From the NCBI GenBank assembly GCA_964016885.1, contig OZ024743.1:101308001-101372000 (forward strand): a DNA stretch of 64,000 bases. Direction: 5' to 3'. The notes under the pieces were generated by a model, which made no database searches, was not told the origin of the DNA, and worked only from the letters and a program-made list of their open reading frames with translations. The stretch comes from Eledone cirrhosa. Taxonomy: Eukaryota. Of this stretch, positions 45,378-57,600 are shown in pieces. Within the stretch, counting starts at the first letter, position 1. Each line of letters begins with the position of its first letter. Both the position numbers and the translations under genes were made by a program.

Positions 45378-48300
45378 CGGCCTCCTGGTCTGTAATGTGC
45401 TCAAATCTATTTATAAGGCACCTATTGTCATCTATTGTAATGCCCTTAAAATAAAAGATATTAAAGGGTATTTAAATATTGCATAACAATTTAAAAAATT
45501 TATTTGGGATATCTAAATACAGAAAGTAATAAAACAAAAATGCATTCTGTGAAAATTATAAAACATTTACAGAACTTCAGTATATAGAATGTTTTAAACT
45601 TTTTTCTTTGGAGCATATATGAAAAGTTTGTGGGGTCATCCTAGTCTGGAACAACCTATATACAATCAACCATGTGAGAAACAGCCTTCTTCTAGATGGA
45701 GACTGACAACCTGCAGTGTTTGACCTTGGGACTTGATAATGGTCATTGCATAACTGACTCTCACTGGGAATTGCAATTGTTTGAAAGGAAATGGGACATC
45801 TGTTGGTATTAGCAGTATTCTAGTTATAAATACAATGTTTCCCATACCACATCTAATGAAGATTAAAAAAGACAAAGGCAGAGATACAAATTCTTGTTGG
45901 AAAAAGAATTTCTCAACATATCAGACATTAGTCCTCCTTCGAGAAAGAGTAAAATTAGGAGAAAGGGAAGGTTGAAGAAAAAAAAGGATGGGCAAGTAGT
46001 TTGACACCACTGCTATAAGCACCTAAGTATAGTATATATAATATACTTAGGAATAAAGTAAATGTTGGCATCAGCAAGAGTATCCAGTCATAGAAAAACT
46101 GTCTCAAAAAGTCTTATTCAGTCCATGACATGATTAAAAATGATGATAAACTAGAATATCATTTCTTCAATAGCTTGCTGCCAATTCTGAGAAAGAAAGA
46201 AAAGTTATGAAAAAATGATTCCAAAAATAAACAATTGTTTTATTCTGAAATATTTAAAAATTATTTGTGTATTTTTCTCTTCTTTCAGATTTTGATGAAA
46301 ATATAAATTCTGTAAGTTGATTTATTTATTTAATTAATTAAAATAAGTGGGGTCAGCATCAAGAAAAGGCATCCATAGAATTATGCCTCAAAAAGTATTG
46401 TCCATCTCATGCTACTTTATGCTATGAATTTCATAATCTCTCAGCCCTTTGAAAGTTCCAGTTTTACATACGTTGTTTGTTCACATTTAGAAGGCGATTA
46501 TTGTTAGAGGTCCTTTAGCTCCATGGCTAGAGCACTTAGCCAGCATCAGAGAGAAATGGCTGCTAACAACTTTTATCCATCTATAATGGGTCTTAACTCA
46601 ATTTTCTAAGCTATTTATAGCAACTGTCTGTATTTACAGTTATTTTCTGTGTCTAGATGCTACATTTTCTCTCTATATTATATATATATACGGCGGTGGA
46701 TTGGCAGTATCGGTAGAGAGTCAGACGCCATGCTTTGAAGCATAGAGTTACATCCCTTTATGATCTGAGTTCAAATCTCACCGAGGTTAACTTTGCCTTT
46801 CATCCTTACGGGGTCGATAAAATAAAGTACCAATAATGCACTGGGTAATTGGTGGCCTTGTGCCGAAAGTAGAAACAATTATATATATATATACATATAC
46901 ATGTGTGTCCATCTAACCCATGCTAGCATGGAAGATAGACATTAAACGATGATGATGATATGTGTGTGTGTTATACATCTTTTTCATTGTTTCTGTTCCA
47001 GCTGCCACATTTAGAAAGTATTGATTCTCTCAGCCAGACATTTATACTACACAATGAAGACCACACACTTGGCAATGCCTTACGTTATGTTATCATGAAG
47101 GAGTAAGTAACAAATTAACTATCTGCTAATATTATTAGTTAACCCTTTCATTATTATATTTCTAATAAAACTGTACTGTTCTTGTGTTTTAATTATCAAA
47201 GTAATCAATAATTATGAAAAGTTTAGTAAAACAATTTTCAAGTCAATAATGAGATTTCAGTCCAAGACTTGCATTAAATTTGAGCATTTTAGTCGAGCTG
47301 GTTTTGGATAGGTTGATGTTTAATGGGTTAAAGTCTGTCCCAAGCCCAGAGACTCATAAGGTAAGTGCTCATTCTGGTTTCCTTTGCATTAAACAACTGA
47401 AAGTATACCTTGACAGAACATCTGACCGTTGCAGAAGTAATCATACCAACCACAGCTGATATCAATTTTTTCAGCTTAGTGATCTGGAGCAATATGACAT
47501 GAAGTGCTTTGCTGAAAGACACAGTATGCCACCCTGTCTGGGCATTGAACACTCTAACAACTAGGTCATATGCCTTCACTAATGTTATAGTTAACGACAG
47601 AGAAGACTTATCTTGATAATGTTGTTTATCTTGTTATTAAGAAGTATATAGCAATTGAACCATCTTAATTATCATGACTGTCTTTTCATTTTATTTACTG
47701 ATTAGTCAGAATAAGAAGGGCTATGCTAATGACTCTTTTTAGGGACCTCCACAACTGTTTGTGGGGGACAAAAGGAGATACCCTTGCACCGGAGACCTGG
47801 CCTAAATGCTTACAGAGTGGGCTCTGCTAAAGAAATCCAAGGGTTAGGTGATATTAAACCAAGTGACAGATTAAGCCTATCACCCAATGTTATAATGACT
47901 GAATAAGTAGCAACTAAGCCATCTTAATTATCTGTTCATCATCATCATTTAAAGTCCATCACCATTAGGGCTTTTATAGCTAACAACTTTCGCGCTCTTT
48001 TATTCTCTTCTTGGTTTTACTTATTGGGCTGCAGCACAGCATTGAAGGGTTTTAGCTGATTATATCAACCCTTACTTACAGTAGTTTAACTTATTGAATG
48101 GCTAAGTCCATCTTGGTATTCATTGGTGTAAATTACTGTAACAGACAAAAAAATACAAGATTCAACATACCAATTTTTTAAAAGTCTCTCAACAATGTGC
48201 ACACACTCACTCATTCAAATACACACTCACACACATATACACACTCACACACACACATACCATCATTATTTTACGTGAATGTCCCAGTCACAATGTGGAA

Positions 48301-50826
48301 GTCTCTGTCCCAGCCACAATGTGGAAAGTCTGTGTCCCAGTCACAATGTGGAAGTCTCTGTCCCAGCCACAATGTGGAAAGTCTGTGTCCCAGTCACAAT
48401 GTGGAAGTCTCTGTCCCAGCCACAATGTGGAAAGCCCGTGTGTCCCAGCCACAATGTGAAAGTCTCTGTGTGCTAGCCACAACATGGAAAGTCTGTACAG
48501 AAAGGAGTGGGTGGAGGTAAATTCAAGCATTAGAAGAATTACTGTAACTGATGATGTTTTTTTTTATATTTTAGTCCCCAAGTAGAGTTTTGTGGATATG
48601 GTGTACCTCACCCTTTTGACAAACAGATCAATTTCCGGATACAAAGCAAAGGTATGTTACAGTTTTCAGTTCCTCTCTCCCTCCTTCATAATTTCATTAT
48701 CCAGTGTCACCAGAATTCCCTCATCATCAATGTCTTCATATGTCACATGAGAAAATTCCTCTGAGATACAAACCTGGATAAAGTTCTTTTTTTTTAAACC
48801 AACTGTCACCAATGTATGCAAGTGTCACTTCTCTATGACACTCGCTGGACTTTATTTATCAACTCCCAAAGGATGACAGGGAAAGTTAACTTTGGCAGGA
48901 TTTAAACTCTGAGAGCTGGAACAACACCACAAGGCACTCTATCTGCCCCGTACAGTATAATATGTTTAAATATCCATATTGTTGTAATACATTCATTGCT
49001 TTAGAGGAAAAGAACAATAAAGGGGACTTAGTACACTGTGAAATAGTTTGTATTAGGAAGGACAACCAGCCATAAAAACTATGCCAATGTACAAAATATA
49101 ATGGGGACCTAGTACACACTGTAAAATTAGTTCTGTGTGAGTGAAACACGGTCCTCCGACTTGATCTCTCACAAAGAGACAGCCTGTCCTACCCATGCTA
49201 ACTTGAAAAATGAACATTAAATATAAGCAAGATGTAGTTATCTGACTTGTTACAGATTGTAATAACCCCAGCAGGTAAAATGATGATAAAGTTGTTTTTG
49301 ATATTTTTTATTGCTGTTTTATTATACTGATTTGTTATATTATATTTCAATTTTCTTTTTAATGTGTTTTTATTTCTATTTCTTCATATATTTTTTCTCT
49401 TTAGTTACTCCTGCTGTGGAAGTTTTAGTTGATGGACTTAATAATTTAGATTCTCTATGTAAAATAGTTCTGGATAAATTTGAGGTAAGTACACTCTTTT
49501 CAACTAGAAAACTGAACAAGAATTGGGGTGGCAAGGTACCTTGTTCTTTATCCCTAGATAAGCCTTGATAGAGCTATGATCAAAAGGTATTCCAACTATG
49601 ATCTTTTATTTCTATAGATATAATACTCCAGCATAGCCACTGCCAGTTAACAGAGTAGAAAAATGACAACATAAAAATGATGATGATGAGATCTAGGACT
49701 AGATTAACTAAAATGTTCTTTCTGTTTTTGAGACGGTATGTTGTGATTTAAGAAGGCATGACTGCTACTTTTAGCAGATTGCATGATCATATAAAGGTTT
49801 CCTTTGATAATTCATGAGATCCCATCTTTACAGGTTCTGTAAAACAAACCTCTTAATTTTCAACTGATTTTCTGTCAATATTTTTAGTTGATATAAACAT
49901 GAAACATTCTGTTGCATATTAGATGGGTGTAGTGGCTCTGGACCTGCTCAGCTCCTTCTGTTCTTAGCTTCCTTATAAGTTATGACACCTTTTCTAACGA
50001 GACTGTGCCAGGTGGATCTTTCAGTAGCAAGGCTCTTTCAGAACATTGGATTGATACTAAAGTCTTTTAGGGAGGCATTGACAATGTCATTGTAACACAA
50101 GGGAAGTTGTGTCCTTGACATGACTAAAGAGGCCTCTCTATGTTGTCTGTGTTCATTTGTTGACCAATTTACATAGTTGTACTGACTGCATTTCATTGTG
50201 GAACCAGCACAAGAAGTTATCAAGTCTTTGACAACTGCTCTAGATTGTCTGTGTTCATTTGCGAACCACTTTACAAAATGTACTGGGTACATTTTATCAT
50301 GACACCAGCAGAAAGGAAATTGTCATGTCTTCTGCATGACTGAAGAAACTTTTTTATTGTATGTTGTCTCTGCTTGTTTGTCAACCACTTTACAGAGTGT
50401 ACTGGGTGAAACTTATTGTAGCACCATCACTAGGGAAGTTGTCATATCCTCAAAGAGGCCTCTCTGTTATCTCCATTCATTTGCCAACCTCTTTACAGAG
50501 TGTATTGAGAACATTTTCTCATAGCACCAGCACTGAAGAAGTTGCCATGTCCTCAAAGAAACCTATTACCTTATATTGTTTCTACTCCTTCATCATCCAC
50601 TTTACAGGGTGTACTGGGTGTAATTTATTATGAAACCAGCACTAATGAAGTTACCATGTGCTTTGCTAACATATATAAAATCATAAAATGAGTTTATTGT
50701 ATAAGGATGGAATAAATGTTTAACTTTTGATGTTTGGTTTCAATCAAATTATGTTTTTAAGTGTTCTTTCCTTTTTTTGTTTTGCAGGAAAGTGTGACTA
50801 CATACAAGAACAGTCAGCAGGAATAG
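43733..50826 (+). CDS. POLR1D: CARD-domain / RNA polymerase I-III subunit RPAC2 (AC19) fusion, 202 aa; exons 43733-43864, 44318-44474, 46289-46311, 47002-47102, 48575-48651, 49405-49484, 50788-50826
   Basis: All six introns are GT-AG with compatible phases (0,1,0,2,1,0); 609 nt in total. Exons 4-7 read [47 protein letters not shown]...VLDKFEESV, the RPB11/AC19 signature. Exons 1-2 show a CARD six-helix pattern. Confidence 0.85.
45590..45850 (-). mobile_element. Helitron PIF1-helicase C-terminal fragment within an intron
   Basis: IPTDVPFPFKQLQFPVRVSYAMTIIKSQGQTLQVVSLHLEEGCFSHG*LYIGCSR. Confidence 0.8.
47143..47327. mobile_element. piggyBac-like MITE
   Basis: TTAA|CCC...GGG|TTAA ends. Confidence 0.5.
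48279..48495 (+). repeat. Minisatellite, 26/27-bp unit TGTCCCAGYCACAATGTGGAA(A)GTCT
   Basis: About 8 tandem copies. Confidence 0.9.
50090..50660 (+). repeat. Degenerate ~90-bp tandem repeat within an intron
   Basis: Recurring CACCAGCAC..GAAGTT and ACCACTTTACAGAGTGTACTGGGT motifs. Confidence 0.65.
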
Positions 50827-50907
50827 GAAACAGTAGATCTGTAGTTAATTACATTAAGCAATTTAATTGAATCATCTAATTAACATTTGGATGTTTTGAT
50901 TTGTTGA

Positions 50908-50913
50908 AATAAA
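50908..50913 (+). promoter_or_regulatory. Probable polyadenylation signal of the CARD-POLR1D gene
   Basis: AATAAA about 80 nt after the stop codon, followed by GT-rich sequence. Confidence 0.6.
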
Positions 50914-53558
50914 AAACAAAATCTTAAAATTGCCTCTGTTGTGTAGGATTTTATTTATCTTATTCAGGCATAGTTGTTGTTCAGTCCCAGGTCAGCCTTA
51001 ATTAGACAGGTGATTAACCCATTTGATACTAAACTGTCTGAAACCAACATTGGTTCTACAATATAAAACTGTTTGTTTTCAAATGTATCATCGTCATTAT
51101 TTTATGTCTGTTGTTCGATGTGTGCATGGGTTGGACAGGTCCTTCTCATTACAGCATCTCTCCACTTGTTGCGTTTGTTTGTCATCTCCTCCATGAGATT
51201 TAGTTATCTGAAATCAGCTCTCAACACTTCCATCCATGTCTTCCTCTGTGATTATTTGACACTTTTTCACCCAGTGGTCATCATCAATGTGCATCATATG
51301 TCTGTATCAAATCTCTCCTGCACACTACTTCTGATTCCTCTTATACTCAGTTTCCTCCTCAGTTCATCCATGCTTTGTTGCTCTTGCACATCCATCAAAG
51401 CTTGCTTGCCTCATGTCTCTCCAGCCTCTGCATATCCTCTTTGTTCACTGCCCATGTCTCACTACAGCATGGCACCTTACATACAAGCATCATACAGTTG
51501 ACCTTTCATTCGCAGGAGAAACCTTTTGTTGTTAGCAGTTCCCTAACCTTCTTCCATCCTGTCCTTATTCTAGCTACTATGCTCTCTGAGTACCCTTCAC
51601 TGCTGATTATATCACCTAAGTAGCAGAAACTATCAACCACTTCTATGGACCTTCCTGGGATTGGAAAAGGTTTATATTATTGGCACTCTTAGTGACAACT
51701 GACCCTGAATATCTACTACATACATATTTATCTAAAAACCTTCCATCATAATTTAATGTAAGACCACCAATGTGTTCCAAATACCAACTTAACTCTTAAC
51801 ATCCTGTACTGCAGGAAACCTCATTAATAAGGCATTCTTGAAAAAAAGTACAAAACACCATTATGACTATAATGTTAAAGATTAGTCTTTATCCCTAATA
51901 CAGCACATTTTCACAATGATCTGTCCACAAAAGATACTATAATCATTTAAATTAACAAATACGTTTTTAGATGTTTTCTAAATCATTACAGGGTGTTAAG
52001 AGTTAATCATGAGAAAATGATATTATTAAATCCCTCTCAATTCCTGTGTATTTGAAAAACATAGGCAGTGTATTTCATTAGAAATATGGTAACAGAGTTA
52101 AAATTGTTCCAGCTTGACCATTTCAGGCATAGATTATCCAACATTTCATTATCAAATGTGTCCTTTTTTTATTGTTTAACCTCAAGACAGGGTTCTGTAG
52201 AGAACATGGCCTGTTGTAACTGTTGCTGTCTATAACAGTCTCTTGTGACTCTCTACTGCTGTTTCTTTACACTATTCCTCTGTTGTAACTCTGTTCCTGT
52301 TGTTCAACAACAACAACAGGGATCTGTTGTAACTCTTTCAACCGAAAGAACAATAAATACCTTTTTTTCAAAATTTTTCTATCTCAGTTGCACAGACACT
52401 TAACTGTTGTCTCACCATAAGAAATGTAGTGAACCAGTGATTGGCAGCCCATTGTAACCTGCAACTCTGTAAACAACAACCCAATTCACAAAATATGTAA
52501 AATAAACGAATGAGACATCTCTAAAAGAACAACAAAATATAATTCAGAAATATTTTTTATCCCTTTAAAATTTTATTTACAGTTTTTCCCTGTTAATATA
52601 ACAATTTTCCATTCTGTAAGATCAAACAAGAGTCTTTTAGTGAAGAAGACAATCTTCTAAATTGACATTCAGCCTTAAAAGACATATTTACATGAGTTTT
52701 CTCTCTTGCCTATCATTTCCCTGTAGGTTTTTCCATGTTAGCGTGGATTGAATAGAATTTTTTTTTTTGAGACAGTATTCTATGGTCTAATACTCTTCAT
52801 GATGCCAATCTATGTTTTATCTCTAAGTGTGGTACTTTTACCGCTGATCTTCATTAAATTGCTAAGCTGTTGGACATATTGTTTATGCGGTACATAAACA
52901 AACAGCATTGCTTGTTTATTTTGTCAATATGAAGATGCACTTATACATATCACACACACACATATATATATATAATGGACTTTCACACGGTTTCTGCCTA
53001 CCAAATTTACTCATTAGGCATTGGTTGGCCTGAGGCTAAAGTAAAGAACATTTGCCCAAGATGGCATGCAGTAGAATAGAATCTGAGACCACATGGTTAC
53101 AAATCAAACTTCTTTATCACACAACCGTGTGTTTACATGAATACATTCTCTGATTCTACACATGTTATGAGAATAATGGAACATTCTGCCTGGAATGTTT
53201 GTCAGTTGATAATGAATTGTTCTGGCAGGTTCCTTAATAACAAGTGAAAACCAATACTGTGCTGCTCTCACGTATACCACAATGTCACTCACTAAACCAA
53301 TGTCCTATCATGCCAGACAGAAGGAAGAACACAAAATAGAACAGGAAAAAATGAATTGTGATGACAGTTGCTTGTAAATGTAATAAAAATCACATTTGGC
53401 TTTCAATGGAAATTTTGAAGTCTGTTTGTCACAACTTACTGCCACACAAGACAATATATTAGATTGTTTTTATGGTACATTACATATCCATAATTACCAT
53501 CAAATGTCTTGTATCTTATTTAACACCATAATTATTATAAATATATTCTATTTTTTAA

Positions 53559-53789
53559 CCCTTCTGATAGCAAACCATCTGAAAATACCCCTGGTTCTAT
53601 GATACAAAACTGTTTTCAAATGTTTATAGTCACCTAAAAACCTTCCATCATAATTATAACTAAGAACCTTTGTTAAATACCAAATGCCAGCTTAATAATA
53701 AGTTAGTTTACTAATTCCTTCCAAATTCTTGATTATTTTCTAAAATCATAAGTAATACCTTTAATTAAATATATATGTTAACAAAAGGG
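53559..53789. mobile_element. piggyBac-like MITE (related fragments at ~51015 and ~58631)
   Basis: TTAA|CCCTTCTG...CAAAAGGG|TTAA. Confidence 0.6.
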
Positions 53790-54624
53790 TTAATAATACT
53801 TTGAATAAATCAATCCTGAAATATTTCATAGTCAGCTATCAGCAATTAGTTAACATACATACACCAATGTTTTAGAATAGTGTGAGAGTGTGTGTTTATT
53901 AGTGATATAGAATATTGAATAAACTCCCGGCAAGTGGAACTCACAGCACAGTATTGGCTCCAAGTTATTCCACTCCCAGCTATTTCACTTCCCTTGTGTC
54001 ACTAATTCCCCCCCCGGAAAGGCATGAGTATCACAACTTCCATTTCTGTTTCAAGGAATTATGTTAATCACATATTAATGAATACTGTTGATTTAGAAAC
54101 AGTAAAACATAAAAAAATATTTCAGGTTTGATTCTATATATTACCAGTGTGTATATATGTATATATATATATATATATATATAGTTATGTAATAAACAAC
54201 ATAAGGCAATTATTCCATTCACCAGTGGTTTCTTAAAAGCAAAAAATGTTGCTTTCAATCATCATTGATATTGGATTCTAAAAACCTATATATATATAAA
54301 TTTATGTTCATATATAAGACAATATGTATGTGCATATATATCTAAATCTATAACTTATTAAAATGAATTTGAATTAGATTTTCGTCAGAACCACAGGCTA
54401 TTTTTCATGTAAGGTATTTGAAAACCTACTTGGATAATGGTGAACCCCCCAAAAAAAATAAACAGAAACAATTTAGATTTGTTTGTCTATTACAGTTCTA
54501 AAGGTTTTAATCTAACTTAAGATTTACCCTAGAAGAAACAGCACAATATTTCTCATCTGACTTTTAAGATGTAGTTTGTTTTTACAGCTGACATAAAAGG
54601 TATCCTGAGAAATATTGTTTGTTA

Positions 54625-57600
54625 CTACAGCTCTATGTTTCTCATCTGACTTATCACATGAGCTAGTCTTTGAGGCATTCGACTAGCCAGAGGTCGGAAT
54701 TCATCTGGGTCAGCTTTCAATAGATTCTTGATGTCATGCATTTGTTCAGCACTTAGACCAAGGTCATCTAAAACATTGCATAAATAATCTGAAAAATAAA
54801 ATAAAAAGTACATTAGAGCAAGTTGTTTGAGATTATTAAACAAGTGAAACAAACTTAGAGAAAATAATAGCACTTCTTCACCCAACTATCATCCTCCATA
54901 TGTATTATGTGTGTATCAGTGCAGTCTTCTCTTTTGTGTGTGACATGGTTTCTCTTACAACTAGTTTTTCTCTCAATCCAACTGTGCTTTATCATGCATG
55001 CATTACACATCCAGCAAAGCAGGTTTGCTTTGTTTCTTTCTGACCTTTGCAGCATATCCTCACCATTCAATGGCCAGATCTCACTACCTTGCAACATTGC
55101 ATGATGTTTGCATGGGTAGTGCAATCTAGCCTTTGCACAGAAAGAGAATAACTTTGTTGCCAGCAGTGATGGTAGCTCCTTAAACTTTTTACATACTGTT
55201 CTTATTCTAGCTACTATGTTAATTATGTCACATAGGTCACAGAAACTATCAACTACTTCTATAGAGCATTGTTTGGATTGGAAAATGTTTATTTCAACTA
55301 GTGCATTTACTGCTAACTATTCCTGTGCATCTGCCATACACAGAATCTCTTTTCTGTGTTAGCCTGTCTGTGATACTACTACAGATCTTGTGTATCCATT
55401 GTTTATATTTAGTATATTGTGTGGAGTTTCTCCCAACTCCTTTTCTGACCTATATTTACTGTTATTCTTGTAGGTTAATGGTGAAATATTCTCCAACAGT
55501 TTCTACAATGAATGTCCAACTTGTGAATTAATGTGTAAGTGGTTGAGTATTCCACAGACACATGTACTTTTAACGTATTTCCCAAGTTGAATCAGTATGA
55601 TAAAATATGCAACAAGGCAGAACCATTGAATTATTTGTACAATTAATCTGATGGGCTTCCACACAGTTTTGATCTGCCCAATTTCACCCACACTACCAAA
55701 GCTATGGTAAAGACACTTGCTCAAGAAGTCATGCAATGGATCAAACCCGAGACCTCATTATTGCAATGCAAACTTCTTAACCACTCAGCCATGTCTGTGT
55801 CCATAACATACAACATAGGTCATTTCTGATTCCTTCCTCTTTCCCGCATCTGAACATAAAAAAGAGAGAATTATTGAAAATGAAAACCGTTTACTTACCA
55901 AGATCTGTGACTAGTTGTTTGGTGCCATGTGGACTGAGTTCATAAATCTTCAAGATTTCGTCTGAATACAGAAACATGGTTCCTCTAGCAATTGACTGCA
56001 GCCAAAAGTCAGCACTATGTTCAGGAATATCTGCAATTTTATGAGACAGACATGAGAACAGAAACAACTAAACATGTCATTGTTTAGGGAAGTAATTAGT
56101 ACTAAGCATATTATTACTATTATTATTATTATTGGCAGTATCGGTAGAGGGTCGGACGCCATGCTTTGCAGCAAAGAGTTACGGCCCTTTATGGTCTGAG
56201 TTCAAATCCTGCCGAGGTTAACTTTGCCTTTCATCCTTATGGGGTTGATAAAATAAAGTACCAGTAATACACTAAGATAATTGCTGGCCTTGTGCCAAAA
56301 GTAGAAACAATTAATTATTAGGGTGGTGGATTGGCAGAATTGATAGTGTTGAACAAATGCTTACCAGTATTTGTTCTGGTTCTTTACTTTCTGAGTTATA
56401 ATCCCATCAAGGTCAACTTTGCCTTTCATTCTTCCGGGGTTGATATAATCAACTTTTCCTTCCCCAAAAAACTACTGGCCTTGTGCCAATATTAGAAATC
56501 ATTATTATGAGTGTTGTGCGGTGCCTTGGCAGTTTCGGTAGAGGGTCGGACGCCATGCTTTGACGCATAGAGTTACGGCCCTTGCCCTTCTGAGTTCAAA
56601 TCCCATCGAAGTTAACTTTGCCTTAAAATACTGGTTGTTGTTGTTTGTTTTTGTCAAAGTATGATGTTTTCAGATGTTAAGAGAGAAATATATTTACCTT
56701 GATCTTCTGTGTATGGTAAACGGCCATGCTGCAATGCCACAGTGACAGCTTGATTGTCTTGGATTATATATGGTTCCAATAATTGTGGTAAAGTCATTAA
56801 GTATTGACCAACCTGTGGGAAATGAAATGTGTGAGAATCAATGAGAAGTTTCTATATCATCATCATCATTTTATGTACAATTTCCATACTGACATGGGTT
56901 GGATAGATTGTCTTAAATATAAAAGACGACAGCTGTATAAAAAAGTGCAGGGCAATAAAAATAGACGGTAGCCACGGAGTAGGCAGACCCAGAAAAACCT
57001 GGGACGACTTGATAAATTCCGACCTCACACACTTACACCTCTCCAAGACAATGTCACTGGACCGAGATCTTTGGCGCTACACAGTAATACAGAAGACCCG
57101 CCTTACCTAAGTACAAAGTGAAACCTACTACAGTCAGTAGGCACCTCTAACAAAAATACACCCCCGTCCCACTACCCCCACCCCATCCACACCACCCCTT
57201 TCAATGTAAAGTTATGTTGGTACCACAACATCCAGTCCAAAACAAATGAGGTCGTGTAGGTGTCACGACAAAAAAACACACAGTCCACGCTGTAATGTGG
57301 CCGTGTAGGCAACACGGTAAAAACCTCCCAGCCCCACACTGTAAACATGGTTGGTGTTAGGAAGGGCATCCAGCCGTAGAAAACCCGCCAGACAGTCCTA
57401 TACGAGCAAGACAACCACTCTTGCCTCAAGTGGGAAAACTCCCGTCCAAACCCATGCAAGCGTGGAAGATGGACGTTAAACGATGATGATGATGATGATG
57501 ATGATAAAAGGACTGAATGGTCATGGCTGTTCAAACATGTTTGGCTTGGAGCTAAGCAGCAGTAATTACTGGCCTCCTAGATGAGGACCACATCTAGTTC

